This document shows positions 37,040-45,339 of a stretch of DNA of 64,000 nt, piece by piece. How positions within the stretch are numbered: the first letter of the stretch is position 1; every line of letters begins with the position of its first letter. Below the pieces are notes generated by a model. The model made no database searches. It was not told the DNA's origin and was given only the letters and a program-made list of their open reading frames with translations. Position numbers and translations under genes: made by a program. The stretch is from Candidatus Eiseniibacteriota bacterium (GTDB lineage: Bacteria > Eisenbacteria > RBG-16-71-46), in contig CAVSAC010000010.1 of NCBI GenBank assembly GCA_963725865.1, positions 768,001-832,000 on the forward strand. The letters run 5' to 3'.

Positions 37040-38479
37040 ATGACCACCAGCGGCAAGGGACTCGGGAGGAAGGTGCGCTCGCTGCGCTCGCGGGCCGGGC
37101 TCACCCAGACCGCGCTCGCCGAGCGCCTGGGCGTGTCTCCGTCCTATCTCAACCTGATCGAGAACGACCGGCGCCCCCTCCCCGCCGGCCTCCTGATCCG
37201 CCTGGCCCAGGTGCTGGACCTCGATCTCAAGGCACTCTCGGCGACCGGTGAAGCCCGCCTGGCGGCCGACCTCGCCGAGGTGTTCGCCGATCCGCTGTTC
37301 GAGGGCTTGACCCCTCCCGAGCGGGAGGTGCACGAGCTCGCGGCCGCGATCCCCGAGGTGGCGCGGGCGGTCGTCCACCTGCATCACGCCTACCGCGCGA
37401 CGCACGCCTCGGAGCAGACCCTCGCAGCCCAGGTGCTCGACCGCCAGGACGTGAGCGGCGTCGACCGCACCACGCTCTCCTCCGAGCAGGTCTCGGACTT
37501 CCTGCAGCGGCACGCGAACTACTTCGACGAGATCGAGCACGAGGCCGAACGCGTGTGGGCCGATGGCCAGTTCGCGGGCGAGGACCTGTTCGGCGCGCTG
37601 TGCGCGTACGTCGAGCGGCGCCACCAGGTGGCCGTTCAGGTCGCCAAGGTCGGACCCATGAAGGGCGCGGTGCGCCGCTTCGATCCCGCCGCACGCACGC
37701 TCGCGCTCTCCGAGGTGTTGCGACGCGGCTCGCGGAACTTCCAGGTCGCCTACCAGATCGGCCTGCTCGAATGCGGGCCGCTGCTCGATCAGCTCACGCG
37801 CGACCCCGCGCTCACCACCGACGAGTCGAGGGTGCTGGCGCGCGTGACGCTCGCGAACTACTTCGCCGCCGCCGTGTTGATGCCCTACGAGGCGTTCCGG
37901 CGCGCGGCCGAGGAGGAGCGCTACGACCTCGACCTGCTCCAGCATCGCTTCCGCGTGAACTTCGAGCAGGTCGGACACCGTGTGTGCACGCTCCAGCGCA
38001 AGGGTGCCGAGGGCGTGCCGTTCTTCATGGTGCGCATCGACCTGGCGGGCAACATCTCGAAGCGCTTCAGCGCGAACGCGGTGGGTTTTCCGCGCTTCGG
38101 CGGCCTGTGCCCGCTGCGCAATGTGCACGCCGCGTTCCTGCAGCCGAACGTGCTGAGGCTCCAGCTCTCGCGGCTGTCGGAGGGGACCGCCTTCTTCTCG
38201 GTGGCACGCACCATCCGCCGCCATCGTGGCGGGTTCCACGCGCCCGAGGTGCTCTACGCGATCGAGTTGGGCTGCGAGCTCGAGCACGCGCGGCGGCTGG
38301 TGTACGCCGACGGCATCGCGCTCGAGAGCGCCGCCGGCGTGGTGCCGGTGGGCCTCACGTGCCGGCTCTGCGAGCGGATGGACTGCCGCGCGCGGGCGTT
38401 CCCCTCGATCCAGCGCAGACTCGACCTGAACGAGAACGTTCGCGGCGTCTCCTTCTTCGCGCCGGTCGACGACCTCTGA
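37040..38479 (+). CDS. XRE-family short-chain fatty acyl-CoA regulator (RamB/ScfR type)
   Basis: N-terminal HTH (LTQTALAERLGVSPSYLNLIEND), LANYFAAAVLMPY, GNISKRFS, CPLRNVH and C-terminal CRLCERMDCRARAFP. Divergent from aceBA. Confidence 0.9.
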   Translation: MTTSGKGLGRKVRSLRSRAGLTQTALAERLGVSPSYLNLIENDRRPLPAGLLIRLAQVLDLDLKALSATGEARLAADLAEVFADPLFEGLTPPEREVHELAAAIPEVARAVVHLHHAYRATHASEQTLAAQVLDRQDVSGVDRTTLSSEQVSDFLQRHANYFDEIEHEAERVWADGQFAGEDLFGALCAYVERRHQVAVQVAKVGPMKGAVRRFDPAARTLALSEVLRRGSRNFQVAYQIGLLECGPLLDQLTRDPALTTDESRVLARVTLANYFAAAVLMPYEAFRRAAEEERYDLDLLQHRFRVNFEQVGHRVCTLQRKGAEGVPFFMVRIDLAGNISKRFSANAVGFPRFGGLCPLRNVHAAFLQPNVLRLQLSRLSEGTAFFSVARTIRRHRGGFHAPEVLYAIELGCELEHARRLVYADGIALESAAGVVPVGLTCRLCERMDCRARAFPSIQRRLDLNENVRGVSFFAPVDDL

Positions 38480-38541
38480 CCCCTGGCGCGACCGCGCACC
38501 CCCCGCGCCGCTCGCGGGCTCCACCGCTCGTGCCGATCCGC

Positions 38542-39243
38542 TCAGCGCTTCAGGAACTCCAACACGCGGGCATTCACGAGCTCGGGCTGCTCGAGCATCG
38601 CGCCGTGCGAAGCTCCGGGCACGATCCACACCGTCGCGCCCGGGATGGACAGCGCCAGCTGCTCGGTGTGCTCGGGGCGGATGAGGTCGTGCTCGCCGGC
38701 GCAGATCAGCGTTCGCGCGCGGATCGAACCCAGCTCGCGCGGCGTGAGGTTGGGCTGCGTGCGCCACATGTCGAGGATCTTGGTCATCGCGCTGTCGAAG
38801 TGCGCCGGATCGGGCGCCAGCCGTGCGTACTCGGCGCGCGCTCCCGGCCCCAGGCTGTCGGGAGTGGCCGTGCGGTTCCACTCGACGTCCTGCGGGTTGA
38901 GCCCATCCGGCGTGAAGTTGGCCCCGAACGTGACGAGGTGACGCACGCGCGTCGGATGGTGGATCGCGAGATCGAGCCCCACGATCCCGCCGTCGCTCCA
39001 GCCCATGAGATCCGTCCGCCGGATGCCGAGTCGATCGAGCAGCGCGACCACGTCCTCGGCCATCGCGTGGTAGCTGAGTGGCCCCGGGCGGTCGCTCGTG
39101 CGCCCCTGCGCGCACAGGTCGGGGACGACCAGGTGGTGGTGGAGCGCGAACGCGGGCACCTGGTGCGCGAACTGCATGCCGTTGCCCATGCCGCCGTGCA
39201 GCAACACGAGCACCGGCCCACGACCGTGCTCCTCCACGTACAT
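38542..39243 (-). CDS. Alpha/beta hydrolase (probably extends upstream with a signal peptide)
   Basis: LLHGG, GWSDGG nucleophile elbow and GASH. The same frame upstream encodes RRSARTRATLAALALAASLVTGAA but has no ATG/GTG/TTG. Confidence 0.85.
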   Translation of the reverse strand: MYVEEHGRGPVLVLLHGGMGNGMQFAHQVPAFALHHHLVVPDLCAQGRTSDRPGPLSYHAMAEDVVALLDRLGIRRTDLMGWSDGGIVGLDLAIHHPTRVRHLVTFGANFTPDGLNPQDVEWNRTATPDSLGPGARAEYARLAPDPAHFDSAMTKILDMWRTQPNLTPRELGSIRARTLICAGEHDLIRPEHTEQLALSIPGATVWIVPGASHGAMLEQPELVNARVLEFLKR

Positions 39244-39421
39244 GCGGATGCCCCGCAGCGCGACGAAGCGTCCCCCGGCCGTCGGCGCCGCGCCGGTGAC
39301 GAGCGACGCAGCCAGCGCGAGCGCTGCGAGGGTGGCGCGCGTGCGGGCACTGCGTCGTCCGGCCCGCGCGGGCGGGTGCGGCGGAGAGACGCGGGTCGGC
39401 AGGGCGGCGTTCAGAAGGTCC

Positions 39422-39982
39422 TCATCCCTGCGGTCTCACCGCGCTCTTGAGGCGCTCGCGGTACTTCGCCCGCAGCTTCTGGATCTTGGGCGTGATGGTG
39501 GCCCGGCAGTACGGCTGCGCGGCGTTCCGCTGGTAGTAGTCGCGATGGTAGGCCGGCGCCTCGTGGAACCGTTCGAAGGGCACCACTTGCGTGACGATCG
39601 GCGCGTCGAACACTCGTGCGACGGTCAGCGCCGCGATCACCTCGCGCGCCACCCGCTCTTGCTCGGGCGAGTGCGTGAAGATGACCGAGCGGTACTGCGT
39701 GCCGATGTCGGCGCCCTGACGATCGAGCGTGGTCGGATCGTGGAACGCGAAGAAGATCTCGAGCAGCTCCCGATACGGTAGGACGTCGGGATCGAACGCG
39801 ACCTGCACCACCTCCGCGTGCCCGGTGGTGCCGGAGCACACCGCCTCGTACGATGGCTGCTCGACATGGCCTCCGGAGAACCCGGAGTTCACCTCGTTGA
39901 CGCCCAGCAATTCGTCGAACACCGCCTCGATGCACCAGTAGCAGCCACCTCCCAGGGTGGCGGTCTCGGTCCGCTGAGCCAT
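39422..39982 (-). CDS. msrA: Peptide-methionine (S)-S-oxide reductase
   Basis: GGCYWC, GTTGHAEVV, HDPTT..RQGAD.GTQYRS and YH..YY...QPYC. Confidence 0.95.
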   Translation of the reverse strand: MAQRTETATLGGGCYWCIEAVFDELLGVNEVNSGFSGGHVEQPSYEAVCSGTTGHAEVVQVAFDPDVLPYRELLEIFFAFHDPTTLDRQGADIGTQYRSVIFTHSPEQERVAREVIAALTVARVFDAPIVTQVVPFERFHEAPAYHRDYYQRNAAQPYCRATITPKIQKLRAKYRERLKSAVRPQG

Positions 39983-40016
39983 GCCGTCCGTCTCCTCTCG
40001 CCGACGCGCCCGCGCG

Positions 40017-42392
40017 TCAGCCGATGGTGAGCTTCTGCGGCCGACCCGTGAGCACGAACCCCACTCTCAGCCGGCGCCCCACCCGCGACGCTCGCGCGCG
40101 AGCGTCGCTGACCCGCGCGCGCCGCTTCGACGTCACGACCTCCAGCTCGGCCGTGGCCCCCGCCTTGCCCGCCAGCTCGAGCGTGAGTCGCCCACCGCGT
40201 GCCGACCAGGACAGCACTTCGGCCGTCGAGTAGCGCAACACATCGCCACCCGGGAGCGGGACGTTCAGCGGCAGGATGTGGCACCTGCGCGGCCCGACCG
40301 CCAGGGTACCGCGCGACGGGATCCAAGTCGGCCGCAATTCTCCGGGCAAGGTCAAACGCAGCCGCGCAGTCGTGGGGAGATCGTGCAGGTTGGCGGCGAA
40401 CAGGAATCCCGAGCGCTCATTCGACCTCAGGCACACCTGGAGTTCGCCGCGGACGTCGATCCCCGGGCGGACGCCGAGCGAGGCCGCGAAGGCACGGACC
40501 AGCTCGATCTGGTAGTCGAACATGTGGTTCATGCCGAAGCCCAGCACGAGGGCCTCGCCCCGCCCGTGCCGTGCGCGCAGCGCGCACGGCTCGCCCTCGA
40601 GCGACGTGGCCTCGACCTGCGCGGACTCCGAGGCGAGCAGGCTCATCGAGCCCTGGGCCAGGTAGTCCCGACCGCCGATCAGGAGGCCGAGCCCGCGCTG
40701 GCGCGCGCCCGTCACGCGCACGCCGAGCGCATCGGCCAGCACCGTGCACGGGCGGAACGCGAGGTCGCGGACGGGCACCTCGGGATTCAGCAGCAGTCGG
40801 CCGCCGGCGTGCACGTACTCTGCGAGCTTCCGCTGGGTGGCGACGTCCATGAAGTCGAGGGCGAACACCACGAGCGCCGGGTGGGCCTTCAGGTCCTCCA
40901 GCGGTGCGCGCTCGAGATCCACGAACGTGCTGTTCAGCTGAGCGAGCTGGAGAAGGCGCGCGAGTCCGTCGTAGAACAGGTGGTGCTTCTTCCACTCCCA
41001 CGACTCGACGTCGGGCCCGGTGAGGTATTCGGTCGTCCAGTAGGGTGCATAGAATCCGATCGGCACGTCGGGCTGCTTCGTGGTCTGCACGAGTTCAGTA
41101 CCGAAGGCGCGCAGCTGTCGGCCGAATGCCCGAATGGCCGCGAAGTGCGGCCGCCGGCGGCCGTCCGGCCCGACCGCGGCCTGCCACTCGTGATAGGTGC
41201 CGAACGCCCCGGTCTCGAGGGTGTTGCGGCCGCCGGAGAACATGTACGCGTTGACCCCGTTGAGGCCATGGGCTACCGAGAGCTTCAGGTTGAGTTCCAC
41301 GTCCTGCGGATAGAGCCGCGGGCGGTCGCGCATGATCCCCGTCTGAAGCTCGGCGCACACGCTCGGCACGCCGGGCGTCGTGATCAGCTTCACCACCTCG
41401 GTGGTGATCGCGATGTCGTGGAAGTTCTCGTGGTCGAGGCGTCGCATCTGGTAGGCGCCACCGAACACAACGTCGGGCACGCGCGCGGGGAACTCGCGGA
41501 ACATCATGGTGGTCATCGGCGCGAACACGCCGCGTCCTCGCACGTCGTAGTCGTAGAACTGGGGGATGTTGGCGAGCACCGGTAGCCGCAGACCGTGCTT
41601 TCGGTAGCGCGAGTACAACTCCCCGAAGTAGTCCGCATAGTAGGCCTGGTAGAACGCCATCCAGTCCCACAGCATCATGCGCGGCTGAGCGTCGTCACCG
41701 CTCGCGGGCTGCTGGATGGACTCCCAGCCGGCGTGGCGTGTGCCCCACGCCGCATCGAGCCGTGCGAGGTCGCCGGCGTAGCGCTCGCGGAGGAAATCGC
41801 GGAATCGCTCCTCGGTCTCGCCGCTGTAGTCGGCGGCTTTCTGCAGCCAGTGCACCATGCCGATCTCGTTGCAGAGCTGGACCATCACCACGCCGCCCGC
41901 GGGGTAGGCATGCCGTGCGACGCGCGGCAGCACCGCGTCGTACCAGTTCCCCACGAAGCGCAGGAACGTGGGGTTGTTGTACGCGAGCAACGTGGTGTGC
42001 GGGAGGTTCGTGATCTCGCGACCGCGGACGTACACCTCGGGGTGGTCGCGGAGGAGCCATCCCGGCACTCCCTCGTGGACGAGTTCGGCATTCGACACCG
42101 GCCCGACGCGCGCGATGAAGCGCAGTCCGTGGTCCTCGACCAGTCGCAGCCAGCGCTCGAGATTGCGCTGGGGATGCGTGCGGCCCGTGAAGTCGAACTC
42201 CCCGGGCGCAGGTTCATGCCAGATCCAGGGGAGATAGGACGAGACGGAGTCGAGGCCGGCCGCTTTCGCTGCCCGCAGGTGGGCGGCCCAGCGCGCCGGG
42301 GCAAGACGGAAGTAGTGGATCTCCCCCGAGTAGAGGAAGCAGGGTCGACCATCGAGGTTGAATCGCCCGTGCTCCAAGCTCACCGGATCCAT
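40017..42392 (-). CDS. GH35-family glycosidase/transglycosylase (GlmA/SGT-like branch), cytoplasmic
   Basis: SGEIHYFR, YLPW.WHE...GEFDF.G, VQLCNE (acid/base), CAELQTG (nucleophile) and NAYMFSGG; no signal peptide. Confidence 0.8.
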   Translation of the reverse strand: MDPVSLEHGRFNLDGRPCFLYSGEIHYFRLAPARWAAHLRAAKAAGLDSVSSYLPWIWHEPAPGEFDFTGRTHPQRNLERWLRLVEDHGLRFIARVGPVSNAELVHEGVPGWLLRDHPEVYVRGREITNLPHTTLLAYNNPTFLRFVGNWYDAVLPRVARHAYPAGGVVMVQLCNEIGMVHWLQKAADYSGETEERFRDFLRERYAGDLARLDAAWGTRHAGWESIQQPASGDDAQPRMMLWDWMAFYQAYYADYFGELYSRYRKHGLRLPVLANIPQFYDYDVRGRGVFAPMTTMMFREFPARVPDVVFGGAYQMRRLDHENFHDIAITTEVVKLITTPGVPSVCAELQTGIMRDRPRLYPQDVELNLKLSVAHGLNGVNAYMFSGGRNTLETGAFGTYHEWQAAVGPDGRRRPHFAAIRAFGRQLRAFGTELVQTTKQPDVPIGFYAPYWTTEYLTGPDVESWEWKKHHLFYDGLARLLQLAQLNSTFVDLERAPLEDLKAHPALVVFALDFMDVATQRKLAEYVHAGGRLLLNPEVPVRDLAFRPCTVLADALGVRVTGARQRGLGLLIGGRDYLAQGSMSLLASESAQVEATSLEGEPCALRARHGRGEALVLGFGMNHMFDYQIELVRAFAASLGVRPGIDVRGELQVCLRSNERSGFLFAANLHDLPTTARLRLTLPGELRPTWIPSRGTLAVGPRRCHILPLNVPLPGGDVLRYSTAEVLSWSARGGRLTLELAGKAGATAELEVVTSKRRARVSDARARASRVGRRLRVGFVLTGRPQKLTIG

Positions 42393-42771
42393 GGTTCTCC
42401 CGCCGCAGGGTCGCCCACGCGCGTCTCGGGTGACCGTGCTGGCCAGATGGCGTTCAGAGGGGAAAGCGCTTGAAGGTACACGGGCAGGCGATCGAGCGGG
42501 AAGTCCTCCGCGCCAAAGCGCTCAGGGTTCGGGGCTCCGGCCCCATCGGCGCCGGCCAGCGCCCGCGCGTACTGGCGTTGGGGCGATCGGTGCAAGTGGT
42601 CCGCGGCTCGACCCGGGAGGCCGCGGGAGCGCGAGATTCCGGCCACACGGCTTCGATCGGCGGCGATTGGGTACCGAATCATCGCCGAGTCGTGGCGGCC
42701 TGATATCACCGGGCCCGTCACTTGCTTGTCTGGTCTGCGCAGGCCAACCGATAGTCATGATAACTCACGTC

Positions 42772-42805
42772 TTGACAGCGATGGGCCGCTGTGAAAACGT
42801 TTACA
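42772..42805 (+). promoter_or_regulatory. Sigma70-type -35 (TTGACA) with a LacI-family operator TGAAAACGTTTACA over the -10 region
   Basis: TTGACA at 42772-42777; near-palindromic TGWAANCGNTTWCA site at 42792-42805; a LacI gene lies in the same locus. Confidence 0.7.
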
Positions 42806-43019
42806 ACGCGCCAGGAACTGGGGCGGCGTCCGACGCTGCTGGGCCCGCATGATCGATCTCGAACGATCCCCGACTGGATGAGTTCGAAATCGTGAAACTG
42901 CGAGGCCTAACGGCATGGCGACGGTGGCCTCCGCGCTCCCGCGCGCTCGCAGCCATCAGTTTCGAAGCACATCGTGGATCCGCCACGCAGCAGTATCACC
43001 CCAAAGGAGGTCGCGCATC

Positions 43020-43844
43020 ATGAAGCGGATCGGTTACCACAGCCTGGCTATCGCAGTGCTAGCGATGGGGCTCTTTGCCGCCTCGCTCGCGAACGCCGGT
43101 GACGGCCGTACCTGCCCGGGCGCCACGCCCGCTCCGAACGGCGCGCACGTCATCACCGGGTTCTTCGGAGACTGCCCGACCTCGACGGTCACGGTCACCA
43201 ACGCCTACCCCGCCATCATCGAGATCAACGACGCGCACGTCGACTGCTTCGGCGGAGCAAACCGGCACCTGTGGAAGTTCTCGGAAGATGCCGGTGCGAC
43301 GACGGCGCTGTTCGAGAACTGCTCGCTGTACGAGTTCTGCGCCGACGTCACCCTGACCTCGGACGGCAATGCCGAGGCCGGCCTCGAGATCTCCCCGTGG
43401 TGGTCGTTGGGCGACGGTCAGTTCATGCTGAACGGTACCAGCGGCGAAATCGCGGTGTTCGGCGGCCGTCTGCCGTTCTACTCGTTCACGGCGGCCTACG
43501 GCCTGCACTACGTCAAGGGCACGACCGTCCAGATGCGTATGGCCTACAACCCGCGCAATCTCGACGCCGCCTTCCCGGGCGAGGTGATGTACCTCCTCAC
43601 GTCCGGCGGCACGACGTATAGCAGCGGCTGGCTCAACTTCGACCAGGGGAACACTGGCGAGGACCCGCCGCACGGCCTGTTCGGCGCGCTCGTTCCTCAC
43701 ACCGTCGGTGGCTACTTCCAGGTCAACAGCGGCGGTGGCGTCGACATCTCCGGTAATGTGAAGTTCGAGAACATCTGCTTCAACCCGATCCCCACGCCGG
43801 CTGCCTCGACGACCTGGGGCAAGCTGAAGAGCATCTACCGCTAG
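43020..43844 (+). CDS. Uncharacterised secreted protein, paralog 1 (274 aa), C-terminal TTWGKLKSIYR tail
   Basis: AAAGGAGG RBS and a Sec signal peptide; clearly alignable to 44262..45074. Confidence 0.9.
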   Translation: MKRIGYHSLAIAVLAMGLFAASLANAGDGRTCPGATPAPNGAHVITGFFGDCPTSTVTVTNAYPAIIEINDAHVDCFGGANRHLWKFSEDAGATTALFENCSLYEFCADVTLTSDGNAEAGLEISPWWSLGDGQFMLNGTSGEIAVFGGRLPFYSFTAAYGLHYVKGTTVQMRMAYNPRNLDAAFPGEVMYLLTSGGTTYSSGWLNFDQGNTGEDPPHGLFGALVPHTVGGYFQVNSGGGVDISGNVKFENICFNPIPTPAASTTWGKLKSIYR

Positions 43845-43871
43845 CCCACCAGCGGTACGAGGGCAACTCAA

Positions 43872-43910
43872 GGCGAGCGCCCGTCCATTCGGACGGACGC
43901 TCGCCAGTTT
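43872..43910 (+). terminator. Intrinsic terminator-like hairpin after paralog 1
   Basis: GGCGAGCG-c-CCGTCC-attc-GGACGG-a-CGCTCGCC followed by AGTTT. Confidence 0.65.
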
Positions 43911-44261
43911 CAGGGGGCCACAGGTCGGGATCCGGGCTTCGAGGGGTGGCGCCGATCTCCCTGCCGGGAGTTCAGTGGATCGCAACTTTCCGTCACGCCG
44001 GAAAGTAAAGGATTGCGCCAGCCCCTCTATTCACAGGACAATGGCGCCGCTGCATGGTCCATGATCGGCACCGCTCGGTAGCCGGTTGGACCCCGATCAC
44101 TCCCTCGGATCGGCGCCTCGCTCTGTACCCTCCCGGGGAGCGAATGGAGTCCAGCCGCCGCCGCGCCATGATCGTGTGATCTCAGTCGGTCTCTCGTACC
44201 GGCCGCAGTCGTCCCGTCGGATCCGCAAGGATCAGCCTCTCCCTGAAGGAGGACACACAGC

Positions 44262-45074
44262 ATGAAGCGGATCGTTACCTGGATGTTCGTGGTGACTGCG
44301 CTGACCGTCAGCGTGGCAGCGCAGGCCGCCAACCTCACGTGCCCGGGCGCCACGCCCAACGTCACGAGCGTGGTCACCTCGACGCGTGTCTTCAACGACT
44401 GTCCGACGTCGACGGTCTCCGTCACCAATGCGTTCCCGTTGGTCGTCATCATCGAGGACTCCAACCTCGACTGCTTCGGCTTCGCGAACCTGCACACCTG
44501 GAGCTGGTCGGCGGATGGCGTGACCAAGGCGCAGTTCGAGAACTGCAGCCAGTACTCGTTCCACTCGGAGCTGGTCCTGAGCGGCACGGGCAACGGCGAG
44601 GGCGGTCTGCGCGTCTCCCCGTGGTTCTCGCCGGACGCGGACGGAAAGTTCAACTGCCGCACGACCGATGGTGAGATCGCCTGCTTCGGCGGTCGGCTGC
44701 CGTTCTACTCCTTCACCGCGGCCTACGGTCTGCACTACGTGAAGGGCACGCCGATCCTGCTCGACATCGCTTACAACCCGCAGTCGCTCAGCTCGGCACT
44801 GCCGGCGCAGATCACCTACACGCTGTTCTACAACAGCACCCTGTACACCAGCGGCCCGCTGAACTTCGACGAGGGCAATCTCGTCGAGGCTCCGATCTAC
44901 GGCTCCTGGGGCGAGCTCACGCCGGCGTACGCGGGCGGCTATGTGACGCCGTTCCTCGGCCAGGGCACTCCGGTCGACTTCAAGGCCCAGTTCAACGTGC
45001 CTTGCTTCTACGGCCCGAACCCCACCCCCACCGTCCAGACCTCGTGGGGCCGCGTGAAGGGGATGTACCGCTAG
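44262..45074 (+). CDS. Uncharacterised secreted protein, paralog 2 (270 aa), C-terminal TSWGRVKGMYR tail
   Basis: GAAGGAGG RBS and a Sec signal peptide. Shares TCPGATP, DCPTSTV.VTNA, FENCS and a 22-aa identical block with paralog 1. Confidence 0.9.
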   Translation: MKRIVTWMFVVTALTVSVAAQAANLTCPGATPNVTSVVTSTRVFNDCPTSTVSVTNAFPLVVIIEDSNLDCFGFANLHTWSWSADGVTKAQFENCSQYSFHSELVLSGTGNGEGGLRVSPWFSPDADGKFNCRTTDGEIACFGGRLPFYSFTAAYGLHYVKGTPILLDIAYNPQSLSSALPAQITYTLFYNSTLYTSGPLNFDEGNLVEAPIYGSWGELTPAYAGGYVTPFLGQGTPVDFKAQFNVPCFYGPNPTPTVQTSWGRVKGMYR

Positions 45075-45339
45075 TCCTCTCCTCTGTCCCAACCGACTCA
45101 CACCGGCGCCCATCCCGCATCGCGGGGTGGGCGCCGGATCATGTGAGCAGCCGGCTGTGCCGCTCCGCCGATCCTCGCTCTCCTCAGCCCTGCGCTCGAA
45201 GTCGCGTCGCATTGCGCGTGGGCGCTGGTCCGCTGGACGGCCTCTCCTCGACATTCTAGAGTGGCCGCCTCGTCTCTTTCCCGCGCGTTCGACGCGCCCG
45301 CCCACGGCCCGTCTCCGAGATCCCTCAGGAGCCGCCTCG

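Noticed and set aside
42840..42935. Possible c-di-GMP-I riboswitch (GGCCTAA segment) upstream of paralog 1
   Set aside because: The GGCAAAC...GAAA...GACGCAAA core is absent.
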